Source of the DNA: Parasitella parasitica NRRL 2501 | Lineage: Eukaryota > Fungi > Mucoromycota | NCBI GenBank assembly: GCA_025201805.1 | Contig: MU619257.1 | Span: forward strand, 258,780-322,779 | DNA: 64,000 bases | Direction of reading: 5' to 3' | Shown here: positions 28,060 to 39,253 of the stretch, piece after piece | Layout of the letters: each line of letters starts with the position of its first letter | Numbering within the stretch: the stretch's first letter is position 1 | Notes under the pieces: generated by a model | What the model saw: the letters and a program-made list of their open reading frames with translations, nothing else | Databases searched by the model: none | What the model was told of the DNA's origin: nothing | Made by a program: the position numbers and the translations under genes

Positions 28060-28580
28060 TACGCAGGCTGCAGCAAAAGCTGGCTACTCTCCAAGAACAA
28101 ATCAATAGTGCCTCACACATGCAGTTAGCGGACGACACTTCCCACATCATACCTGTTCATTCTTTTGATGGGCTTCCTTCTTATTACTGGAATCCCTCTC
28201 AACAACTTACTACATTGATCCGATTGAACGTCCCTTTGCGTAAATCCCAATCTCTTCAAAACAAGGAGTTTCTAATGGCACATCTTAGCTACGAGGCTCC
28301 GGCGACTATTCCCATGGCTGAACACTCAATGAACAAAGGTCAGCGATGTGAAGATAAATCCCTTCAGCATCTTCAAAACCTGTTATCGGCTGTCTTTCGC
28401 TCAATAGATATTCTTTACACATGAATTTACGGTTTCTGAATCTGACAAAGCTGTGCGTCGTCTTTTACTTCATCTAGTTTCGTCTATGGACCATACTAGA
28501 AAAAACATTGCTTTCCGAGCTATCAACCCCTCTTTCTCATTGTCAACTGATCCTGAAATTAGACACACTATGTCTCACAT
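28060..28580 (+). mobile_element. Degenerate gag-like ORF remnant, probably a DIRS/tyrosine-recombinase retrotransposon
   Basis: YWNPS...LNVPL...YEAPATIPMAEHSMNK...AVFRSIDIL...RKNIAFRAINPSFS with stops and frameshifts; homologous to the remnant at 42.5-43.2 kb. Confidence 0.55.
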
Positions 28581-29647
28581 ATTATTTATCGATTACTATT
28601 GCTCATTAAAGATTTTGAAGAGAGCTTTTTGGCTCTCTTGTGTAAAATTTGCAGACATACATAACTACTGTGTATGGACTCCATTTTTTAAGCGGGTGGT
28701 GATGGGATAGTAAATTGAAGATTTATGTTGTGGAATGCGTCATGACACATTCGAAGATGACCTTTGATACACTATTTTCACTTATTATTCTCTGAATGCG
28801 CAAATAATAAGTGAAAATAGTGTATACAATTATGTTTCTATAAGGATTTATTCTCTGTTACAATTCGGAATCCAAATGATATGATCTGGGCAAGTGGGCT
28901 TTGACACAGATTATTATGAACACACAAATGATAGATACTATCACTAGTATAGCAAACATGATATGTGTCGCTGGTGTCGCATGTACTGGTGCTGGTGCTG
29001 CAGTATAATTGCAGAGTGATTTGTTGCTGCTTGCCCTTATTCTTCTCTTCTTCAACTCGCTACTATCGCTGCTATTGACTGATGGTTGCTCTCCAAATCG
29101 GGATTAACTATTGACATTTTGCAAAGATGAAAGGAAAAGAGCAACAGAAAAAGGGAAGAGTAATAAAAAAAAATGGTTTGTTTTCATCTCGTGCCTGATA
29201 AAATAACACTATACCAGCACGAGTGTAATCTCCATCACAAACCGTTGCCTTTTCGAGACAAAGTGCTACACTGAGCAGATCATAAAATACGAAACAGGCA
29301 AAGATCGTCAAAGATGTTGAAACATCAATGAAAGCTAGTATAGGTGTAACAGATTACTGAACTATCAACGTCTTTTGACTGTCGCAAAAATAGGCACACA
29401 CACAGAAAAGTAACGTTATGCTACTTGAGCTACTTGTTTTGAAGAGCATAAACACAAATATATTTGCATTTACGAGGAACCCTAATCTCAAAGGATAACA
29501 ATAAAATTATTAATTAGCTATTAGTGCATCTACATCAGAACGAAAATCAAAAAATCTAGGAGGGAAATTGGACGCATATTTCCCACTTTTTTCTCTCTCG
29601 AACTCCTTTTTTTTTTCAATTCTTTATTCTTTCTTTTTGTAAAAACG

Positions 29648-31046
29648 ATGGTTCAATGTCAAACCGAACGGGTTCTGGGTTGTGTAAATGAAGCACCTAT
29701 GCTGTATATTTATATTGTGAATATAGCTTGGTCATTTGCAATAGGAGTAATAGGTTTGATCATTTGAAGGCGATGCAGGTAGCACTAAAGATTGACTCTG
29801 ATCACAGGTTTTGGATTGCTATGGCATCGAGTTGTGAACAAGAAAATGCCAATTTTTCAACGTGGATCAGGGTATTTCATCAGACCAAAGCCGATTGAAT
29901 CCATGTTGCTATTTCTCTCTCTCTCCAATATAGGTAAAGTACATTATATGGTAAATGGACAATATTTTTTAACAACGGTTTGCTGCGTGTTATAGTCGAA
30001 GCTGTTAGTGATATATTGACTCTAATTGACAATTGGTCCAGCATGTTCGCTGCGACGTGCAAGTATACACACCAAGCATACAAATTTCAAATCTAATCAC
30101 AATGTACAGTTTTGGTTAGTTTACCGCGAGAATTTGATACCTGTGCATATTCATGTTATCTATTTGGCATTGCACATACAGTTTGTAGCGTATGTTTGGC
30201 ATCATTCAACATATAAATGTAGATAAACTGACAGAAAACAAAACAGAGCCAAAGATTCGGAGAGAGACGCTACAAAATGTCAAGGAGAATCGACATTGTT
30301 TGCACCATTTTGATTATACTACCATTTGTTACCAGCAATATCTGTGTTGGTGGGATTTCTTATTATAACGAGCAAGATAACATTGAAAAACTTAATATAT
30401 ATATGCAAATACATTATTATCAATGGCTGGTATATTGGCTTATATTGATTGTCTGGATTTTGCTTGCTGGAATTCAGTTGGTCAAGATTTTGAGAAATCA
30501 TCTCTATAACCAAAGGAAAGAGGGCAGTGATAATGTCATATCTATTCAGAAGGCCCAAAATGGTCTATTCAAAGTATGTAGCAGCGACACACATACTCTT
30601 GTTTTGAAATAATATAAAATACTCACTATACATTGCATAGGTTCGCATGACTATGGCAATTGGCGTTTGTTCAATGCTTGTGTTCATGTTTAGTCGATAT
30701 TTTTACACACTTATGGGAGATCGTTTCTTGGAAAACTACAATGTAACATTGGCATTTTCCATTATTATAGTGTTTCACTGTACACTGGCTTCTACGCTGA
30801 TTATCTTGACCATATTACTCAAGTATGTTTTATTCATTGCTTTGAATCATAGCTTTGTACTGACTCCTTGAGTGTAGCCCCAGAGCATTAAACCCGATTA
30901 GTTCATCTTCTCCAAATCAAGACAAATTAGCTGATTTCCAGGATAATGATAATATCACCAGATCTAGTTTTGCTGACCACATAGGCGAATCCACTCTCGT
31001 TTTGAGCAACACTGAAGCCCAAACAGAGACTGCAATCAAACATTGA
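29648..31046 (+). CDS. Multi-pass (about 7 TM) membrane protein, GPCR-like
   Basis: ATG 29648 and a multi-exon series of hydrophobic helices (e.g. WLVYWLILIVWILLAGIQL, LAFSIIIVFHCTLASTLIILTILLNP); loop RPKPIESMLLF; hydrophilic tail to stop 31044-31046. Confidence 0.65.
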
Positions 31047-31229
31047 ATGTTCCATGTCAATGTCAAGGTCAAAAACATTCTGTATCTCGAATAGTATGCC
31101 AACTAGGCGAACTTGGCCACCATCTCTTTCAATTATTACACAAATTATTCAGAGGTCTAATAATACATCACACATAATACCTCTCCTCTCTGTTTAATTT
31201 TTATTATTAAATATAATATTTTACCACAA

Positions 31230-32300
31230 AGCTTCAAAAGTTAGACACATACATACATCTTCTTAAGACAAAAGAAGGGCGCTTAAACGCATATATCGTG
31301 TTGATATCTTGTTGGGTTGGCGTGTTCATCTCAATTCTTGACCAGGCAATGTAAATACCGGTAATGTAAATGTCATGAATTTGCGAGATAAGTTCACAGT
31401 GGCAGATCTATTCTGGAGCACTGCGACGAACGCCTTTTGACTCATAGATTTTATGTTATACATTGGCAATGTTGAACCTAAACTATGTCTCCCGTCCTTT
31501 GTTGGCTTGATGCAATGTCAATTATTGAATCACTGTAACCACAAAGATGACGAGTAGAAAGACCACCGCACTTGTATACATAGAACAACACAACAACATA
31601 TTCATTTAAAAGGTTTATTTCCAACACACCCAAAGCAGATAAAGCCAAAATCTTGGTTCACCATTTCATATAGAAAATGGATCCATCTCTCACAGGACGT
31701 AGACCTGTTTTGGCATCGTGAGAGTCCACTGTTCCTTCAACGTCTAAAGTGTTCCATCCGATAAAGCCAGACTTGCATCCTTTCTTTACGGGTGAAAAAA
31801 AGAAAAAACAAGTTACTTCCCCGCGTAAACACACGCCAATTCAGGTACGTGCCAAAGCACTATAGTATAGTTAAATACTAGACCCAAGCTAAAGCGGCCG
31901 CTAGAGAAATAAACCGGCATTTACGAGACTTACTCACTGACCAGAAAAGAGGAGAGATTCAACAACTTGATGCTGACGGGGTGATTTCACATTCCACCAG
32001 GCTGCAGAGCTACTCATCCAAAGCAGCAAAGACGTTATTTTTATTTGTTTTGAGCAAAAAAACAAAAAAAAACACCTTTTGAAAAGAAAAAAAAGTAGTT
32101 CCTCGACGATAACAGTAGCCAACTGATCAAGCAGCTGAATTGTCCTCTGATAAGATTCTTATTTCAAAAGCTTTGGATCAAGTTTTAGTTATTGTCAAGG
32201 CCGGATCTCCCTTTGCAAGCAAAGAGAAACGCCAGGATGGAAGGGTTAGGGTTGGGAGTTTTGTCAGACTTTGGCTCTACACCGCAAGCAAAGAAGTGAA
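31230..32300 (-). ncRNA. Candidate telomerase RNA (TR/TER)
   Basis: Template-like AACCCUAACCCU (32242-32253). 19-bp long-range helix 32266-32285 / 31635-31653 enclosing the template; gCUUGc hairpin 32206-32229; long arm 32126-32140 / 31957-31971; U-rich/A-rich element 31771-31824; P6-like hairpin 31439-31489 next to P6.1-like GCG-UUCGU-CGC (31423-31433). No credible ORF. Ends are approximate. Confidence 0.6.
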
Positions 32301-32501
32301 TCTAAAGGAGAGAGAGAGAGAAAGGACGCGCCTGGGTGAACAGAGATATAGAAGGGCTCCGGTGTGAGACGTCACTTGAAGACTCTGCCTCCACATACGC
32401 AATTCGATTACGCGGAATTGTTGCGTATTTACACTCGCTGTACAACAGAGACTCTGATTCACTTTTTTTTTTCTACATTAAACACATATAAAACGACAAA
32501 C

Positions 32502-33139
32502 ATGGAGTGTCTTTTTGGAATCACAGGAAACGGATTTACTTTACTTGCTGCCGATACTATTAGTGCTCGCAGTATTGTCGTAATGAAAGGCACTGAAGAC
32601 AAGTCTCGTGAGTTAAACGCGCACACTGTTATGCTTTATACGGGCGAGCCAGGCGATACCGTTAACTTTGCTGAATACATTCAACGCAACATCAAGCTCT
32701 ATGGCATCCGAAACGGCATCGAACTTAACCCCAAAGCAACCGCTACCTTTACTCGTCGTCAACTCGCTGATTCTCTCAGAAGCAGAGTAAGTCCTCCTAT
32801 TCTCTTGATCATTTATAGCGCTAACATGTGTACAACCAGCACCCTTATTCAGTTAATCTGATCATCGGTGGCTACGATGCAAAGAAACAACGACCTGAAC
32901 TCTATTGGATCGACTACCTTGGAGCCATGGCATCATTACCATTCTGCGCACAAGGTTACGGCGCCTATTTCTGTACATCGCTTATGGATAGATACTACAA
33001 AGAAAATATGGATGTAGAAGACGCAAAGAAACTGATGGGTATGTGCATACAGGAACTCAAGACTCGGTTCATTGTCAATATGCCACACTTCAAGGTTCAA
33101 TTGATCGATAAAGATGGTGTACATCATGTTGAATTGTAA
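32502..33139 (+). CDS. PRE1: 20S proteasome beta-4 subunit (PSMB2 orthologue)
   Basis: MECLFGITG, ARSIVVMK...DK, GEPGDTVNFAEYIQRN, LADSLRSR|HPYSVNLIIGGYD, LYWIDYLG, QGYGAYF, ELKTRF; intron 32787-32839. Confidence 0.96.
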
Positions 33140-33423
33140 CCTAGTTTTTGACGAATAAAAAAAAAGAGAGAGAGAAAAATCCATTATGGTTTGCGTTGAT
33201 TCACTTAAAAGTTGCTTCCCGTTGATCTTGTTGGAGGAAATCAGAACAGAGGAAAATGGCTGGCGTGGAGGTATGACCTGGCAATGTCTATAGACTGGCA
33301 GCAGTTGCCGTCATATGCTTTGTACTTTTACCAAACTAAATCGAAGCTATAAATGCGCTTGAAATCAGAATCAGTACAAGAGCCATAAGGGCTGTGTTCA
33401 CATAGAAACAGGCAATAGTAATT

Positions 33424-34272
33424 TTATTCAACATTATCAGGAATTATCTTTTCGAGAAATTGCTTAATGTCGTTAATTTCTTTTTCATTTGCAGAATGAG
33501 CGAGTCCAGGATAAGTCTTCTTAGTAACGTCATAGCCCAACGATTCTAATTTCTCGGCTGATTCACGGCCATATTCAGGCTTGACAACATTATCCGCGTC
33601 GCCATGACACATTAAAATGGGCGTCTTTTTATTAGCATCGCTAGCAATGCTTGGGAATTTAGCTGATAGACCTAGCCATCCACTGCACCCAATAACACCA
33701 GCAAATTTGTACTCTGATGTCAATCCAGTTAATAATGCAAGAACGCAGCCTTGAGAGAACCCACTGACAACGATGCGATTAGCAGGGATACCATTATCGA
33801 CCTCATTACGAATGATTTTGTTTACTTTTGACGCAAAAATTGAGAATACGAAATACAAGTATTCAAGACAACTTCATACCTGATGTTACTGATGCAAGCA
33901 TGCCCTTTTCATCTTCATCTTTTAAGCTGAATTTATCCAGACCAGACAGATCAAACCATGCTATACAGTTTGTGTAAATAGGATAGTTACGGTAGATGAC
34001 AAACTTTAGACAATATACCATTCATTCTATAGCCACCGTTCAAACTAACTGGCTGGACGGGTCTACAAGTGCGATGTACGTTAATAAACAGCCTAAATCC
34101 TGATTACATGATCTTACGCGTTAGGTAAAATCCACTTGACATGCGGAAATAGAGGTGAAAGCATCTCGGCCAAGAAAAGCCAGCCAGATCCACTGTCACC
34201 AAGACCATGAAGCCATAAGACAGTGGCTGTCTGCTTGGTCTTTGCAGCAACCACAACAGAAGTTAGAGACAT
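33424..34272 (-). CDS. APT1: Acyl-protein thioesterase 1 / lysophospholipase
   Basis: ATVLWLHGLGDSGSGW, WFDL, GFSQG nucleophile, HGDAD, YPGLAHS; three short introns. Confidence 0.93.
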
Positions 34273-34659
34273 TTTGAGTAATTGATAGGGGGCATTGTTA
34301 GATGGAAACTTGAAACTGTCAACAATTGTTGCTGTGACATGGAATGCCTGTCCAATGATACCACGCTAAAAAAAAAAAAAGGAGTAAATACCATCTTGAA
34401 TCGAGATACATTCATTCAATGTATAATAAACGCACCATTGGAAAAAAAAAAAAAAAAAAAAAAAAGTCGAGATACCTTTCTTATCAGAGACATGTACATT
34501 TTTTGCAGAATGCAATAGCTTAGTCTGCTGGTGAGCAGCTGGAAAATCCTTTAAAGACTGATGGGTATATATTATCAATGCTTTCAAATCCCGTTGTTGT
34601 TAAGGCAATACCAGTACCTCCTTAAAATAAACAGAATCGCTTTTTTCTTTATTATTATC

Positions 34660-36619
34660 ATGGTGCTCGAAGGTTACCAAGAATTAGACAAGAAAAGCAG
34701 CGCCTGTATGCAAAGCTTTCTGAGTCAGGTAGAGGCAAATCCTACATGTAAGTAATGCCGTGCAAAATACCAACACATTGAAGCTTATACAGAATGCTAT
34801 AGTTTCTTCTACAAACGAGAAAAGCTCATTTTTAGAGCTACTTTTGAAAGATTTGCTAAACAACAAGGAGGAATGGGGCGAAGAGCGTAAGCTTCATGCG
34901 TAAAAATAAGCTGCATAGCAACAGCTCACCTTCTAGCTTAGTGAAAACGAAGGCTCTATCTGTTGTTAGGGTTTTAGGCCGAGATCAAGCTGGATCTGAT
35001 CCACTTTTTACTAAACAGGCAAGCATGAATATTTATGCATAAATAGAGTACATTCGAGTAACTGGAGAAAGTATAGGGAATAGTAGCGCTCATTCAGCTT
35101 GCTGGTTTGTATGAAACTTCCAAAATAGTAGACACGCCATCTTCTCAGGAAGCGCTAAAATGCATTTGCAACTGCATCTTCTTGAAAGATTCAGTCAAGC
35201 CATATTTGGAAGAGGAGCATGTAGTGGACTCATGCTTACATGTGCTGCAGTCTGAAGATCATCAGCTTGGCTTGGAAATCCAATTTCTGACATGTCGTGT
35301 GCTCTTCTTCTTGACTGTAGGTCGATCGGATCTGGTCGACTCTTTAATTAAATCGAATGTGTCTGGCGCAATTGCCAGGGTAAGGCACGTCTCTTCTTAT
35401 GCGCCTTGGCCGCTCACGCATAAAATTTTAGGTATTATCGGACAACATTGCCCAGCTGGAGGATCCAGCTTTGAGCCTCACGATCGACCGAAATGCAGCC
35501 ATCAACCCCTTGACGGTAACTAGCGAAGCACTTAAACTCCTTTTCAATCTACTGCTTGTTGGAGCACGTAGCCGAGACGGCGCAAATACAAACTATGCCT
35601 TTGTAGAGTGTCTTGCACCCATCCTCCGTTTACTATTCATTGTCCCGTATCCAGAGCCGCAGCCCTTGATAGCGCCGTATTCGCAGGCAATCCATGCCTT
35701 GATGCAATTTTCATTCACGACGATCGCACAAGTGTGGTCCGAACAGTCGAGCTGGACAAATACATTACTCGATAAGGACGATGAACATGGATACCAGTAT
35801 ATGGCGTCTACATTGGTGGATGTATTAGACAAGAGCATCCACGCCTTGCTTCCTAGCGGCGATCCAGATCAAGATGGAAGCGAATCCGTAGACACTGCCA
35901 TTGCACCCCTTTTATTGGTGCTGTCATTGTTGGCAGAAGGTGATCAAGTATTCAAACGTGTCATGGCCAGGTCCATGCTGCCCAATGAAAAGTAAGTAGT
36001 GGCCAAGTAAACAAGTTGCAAGCATGGCGTATATTAAAAAGGCTCTTAGAGATCGATTAAAGCCTGTACATGAAGGATTTGGGCTGTCTGCATATCTGAT
36101 TAGGCTAATGACAAGCACGATGATGCCTCAAACTCGAGATGCAGTGTGTGAGGCTTTGTTTGTGTTGTGTGATAAAGATGGTAAATGCGTCAATAGAAAG
36201 AGAGAGAGATAATGAAAAAGAGGGAGGGGAAAAAGGGTGATTTTTACAAGGGGATGGATTGATAGAGTTTCCGATGGACATTAACGCAATTAATATTAGC
36301 AAACAAGTTCACGCAACAGCTCGGGTATGGCAATGCAATTGGATTCCTGGTCAACAAAGGCATTGCTATGGATGCACTCCCGGACAATCAAGACGATGCA
36401 GAGCAGATCAACCCTATTACTGGGCAATACACCGCGCAAGAGGCAATGCCAAATCTGAAGGATATGACAGACGAAGAGAAAGAAAGAGAGGCTGAAAAAC
36501 TCTTTGTGTTATTCGAACGACTAAAGAAGAATGGGATTATTCAGGTTGAAAACCCCATAGCAAAGGCCATGCAGGAAGGAAGATTTGAAGAGATTGAAAG
36601 CAGTTCAGACAGTGAATAA
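34660..36619 (+). CDS. RIC8: Ric-8/synembryn G-alpha GEF and chaperone
   Basis: ALKCICNCIF, EALKLLFNL, LIRLMTS, LFVLCDKD, GYGNAIGFL, INPITGQ, MTDEEKEREAEKLFVLFERLKKNGII; multi-intron, including one GC-AG intron. Confidence 0.95.
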
Positions 36620-36713
36620 AAATAAATAAAAAATAAAAAAAAAAAAACTTGTTATTTGTATGCTGTGTATCGGTGGTGGACGGATGATCATAATTGCACG
36701 CATTCATGTCGCA

Positions 36714-36757
36714 GTTGCTGCTGCTGCTGCTGCTGCTGTTGTTGTTGTTGTTGTTGC
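36714..36757. repeat. (GCT)n(GTT)n microsatellite, intergenic
   Basis: Directly visible. Confidence 0.85.
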
Positions 36758-37035
36758 TTCATATCCAAAATCCCCCCTTTTCTCCTCCCTGTTTTTTTCT
36801 CGCTTTTTCTTCTTTTTTTTTTTTTTTAATACTAATGCGTGTATTGGCCTCTTTCTCTTTTTCTTTCTCATCTTTTATATATATAATTACATTGCAATCA
36901 AGCTAAAATAGATACTCCTTAATAATTGTCTTTGCAAGCCCACCCAAGATAGACCACGGACATTCTTCTACTTATAGATTTCTTTTTTCTTTCCTCGCAT
37001 TTATTTTACATTTTGTTTATATTTACATACATATC

Positions 37036-39190
37036 ATGTCTGCTGCTGTCTCTGCAAAGCCAATCAAAGATCGACCATCCTCTACCAGCCAAAAGTTCTG
37101 GCCATTGAAAAAGTTCAACCTTAGCCATCATGGAAAGACCGTAGCAGATCAGCCAAAGAAATCCCCCACAATACCAGCTACAAAAACCACGAAAACAAAC
37201 ATACAACACAGTGTGGACAAAAATGGTAAGGATAGCTTAATGCCTTTTTTTTTTTTTTTTTTTTTTNNNNNNNNNNTGTCTCTCTCTCGTTTTTCTTATT
37301 GACAGCGCCTTATAGCAGCAGCACAAACAGCTACGACAGCAACATCCACAGCGCCAACAGCTACAGATCTAGATGCACAGCAACAAAAAAAGTCAAAAAA
37401 TAAACGACTCAGGTGAATACTCCTAGCTTTTTCCTCTCCTATGATCAATTTCTTAACCCATCTGCATGATAATTTTTTTTATGCTAGCTCATTACTTTCG
37501 TCAAGCCGCCGTCAAGAAGGTAATTTTCTACCCCATTTGGCTATGTTTAGAAACAATTATTAATGCAAAACGAACAGATGAATCGGCTAGCAAAAATACG
37601 TCCAATACGTCCAATACGCCCACAATTACAAGAAAAGCTGGCAGAGAGATCAAGGCAAAAAGCATGAGCAAAAACAGCAACTACATGACTGCAAAGACTG
37701 CCGGTTCAGGCACACTTACAAAAACCAATTCACCTCCCTCGCCTACTCCATCGCCTCCTACTGCCACTGCTGTCTTGAGTAGAGGAGCCCAGCCTACCAC
37801 AATCAAGACGGCTGCTAAAAAACCATCCAAACATAACAGGCCTCAATCACCGCCTACAAAACAGCAGCCCGCTGCAAATGACCAGCCAAAAATCATGCTG
37901 GACAGTGTGCAGCAGCAAATCCTGCAGGAAGAAAAAGAAAAGATAAAGAAGCAAAAGAAAACACTCAATAACGTAAACAAAAGCAACGATGTGGATTATG
38001 ATTCGGCCATTGAAGATGAACAAGACGACGACAACGACAACCAGAAACCCATCTATGTTGCCAATACTACCACTGATGAAAATAGCAGTAATAATATAAA
38101 AGATAATAAAGGAGATGACATTACTGCATGTATTCAGCTTGAAAGTCATAGCACCAGTACTAGCCATAGCATAAAGAGTTGCATCAGCAGCAGCAGTAGC
38201 AGTAGCACCAGCAGCAGCATCAGCATCAGCAGTAGAGGTAGCAGTACTAGCAGCAGTGTCAGCAGCAGTAGCAGTAGCAAAGAACATCCATCTCCGTTGC
38301 CATCACCGCCTGTTACCCCAGCAGCTACCTCTCTGCCTGCTGATTTCGCTATCAAGGAGGCTGCATCAACTGGCATCATGAATATTATTCACAGCGAGCC
38401 TGTAAGCCCTACCATGTGCACATTTGATGTACAGTCTGTGCAGCAGCAGCAACAGAATCACAACGGCCAGATTGACAAGCCTAGTAACAACAACATTTAC
38501 ATGCAGCAGCAGCCTATCCAGCGCATCCATCGACTACGGCCTGCTGCATCATTTGCTACATTGCGTCAATTGGCTAGTACAAATAGCAACTACCAGCATC
38601 AGCAGCAACAGCAACAGCTAAATTACCACCATCAGCACATGCAACATCTTGCAGTAACAGCAGCAGCAGCAAAAACTAAAAGAAGGCCTGTATCATACAT
38701 TGAGCCATCCTGTTACATGAATTACAATTACGCTGCCCCTGCCACAGCAAACAATGATTATTTACCTGTACATTCGTCAGCAGCAGCAGCAGCAGCAGCA
38801 GCAGCAATACCAGTTTTTTACAGACGAGCAAGCTCCGAAGAAAGTCATCAACACTACCACACTCGCCAAATATCAGATAATGGCTCGTCACCCCCTGCAA
38901 GCATTGTCAATGGCGCAACTGCTGCCGCGAATGCAAAACGTCTCGTACGCTCAAATACTGTACATAATTTGATTATAAAAGATGGTCAAGGCCACCGCAT
39001 TGTTCAATGTGTCGGCCTAGATGACTCGCCTCCGCTCCAGCCATTACGCAAAAACACATCTAGCTTTGAGAGCACAGGTGAATATCAAGATTGGTCGACT
39101 GGCTCTACAGCAACAGCAGCGGAAATACTGGATGATAACACTGCTATTGTATTGACTCGACAGCAACTAGAAGATTTGCAGTTTCAGGCT

Positions 39191-39253
<63 letters not shown>

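Noticed and set aside
28858-29116. Small TM-containing ORF (MFAILVIVSIICVFIIICV)
   Set aside because: The nearest upstream ATG is out of frame and there is no homology evidence; it could be a tiny or decayed gene but cannot be supported.
31240-31256. GUAUGU...CUAAC as a complete spliceosomal-cleavage intron
   Set aside because: The donor and branch point are only ~6 nt apart, too close for a normal intron; kept only as a weak clue.
31230-32300. Alternative identities for the structured RNA (RNase P/MRP, SRP, U1/U2/U3/U5)
   Set aside because: I could not find their hallmark motifs by eye (RNase P/MRP CR-I/CR-V, SRP helix 8, U5 loop GCCUUUUAC, U2 or U3 5' ends). An Rfam cmscan is still needed.
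31934-32462. Short ORFs 31934-32122, 32140-32367 and 32277-32462
   Set aside because: Low complexity, non-ATG or weak starts, no domains; better explained as non-coding RNA or promoter sequence.
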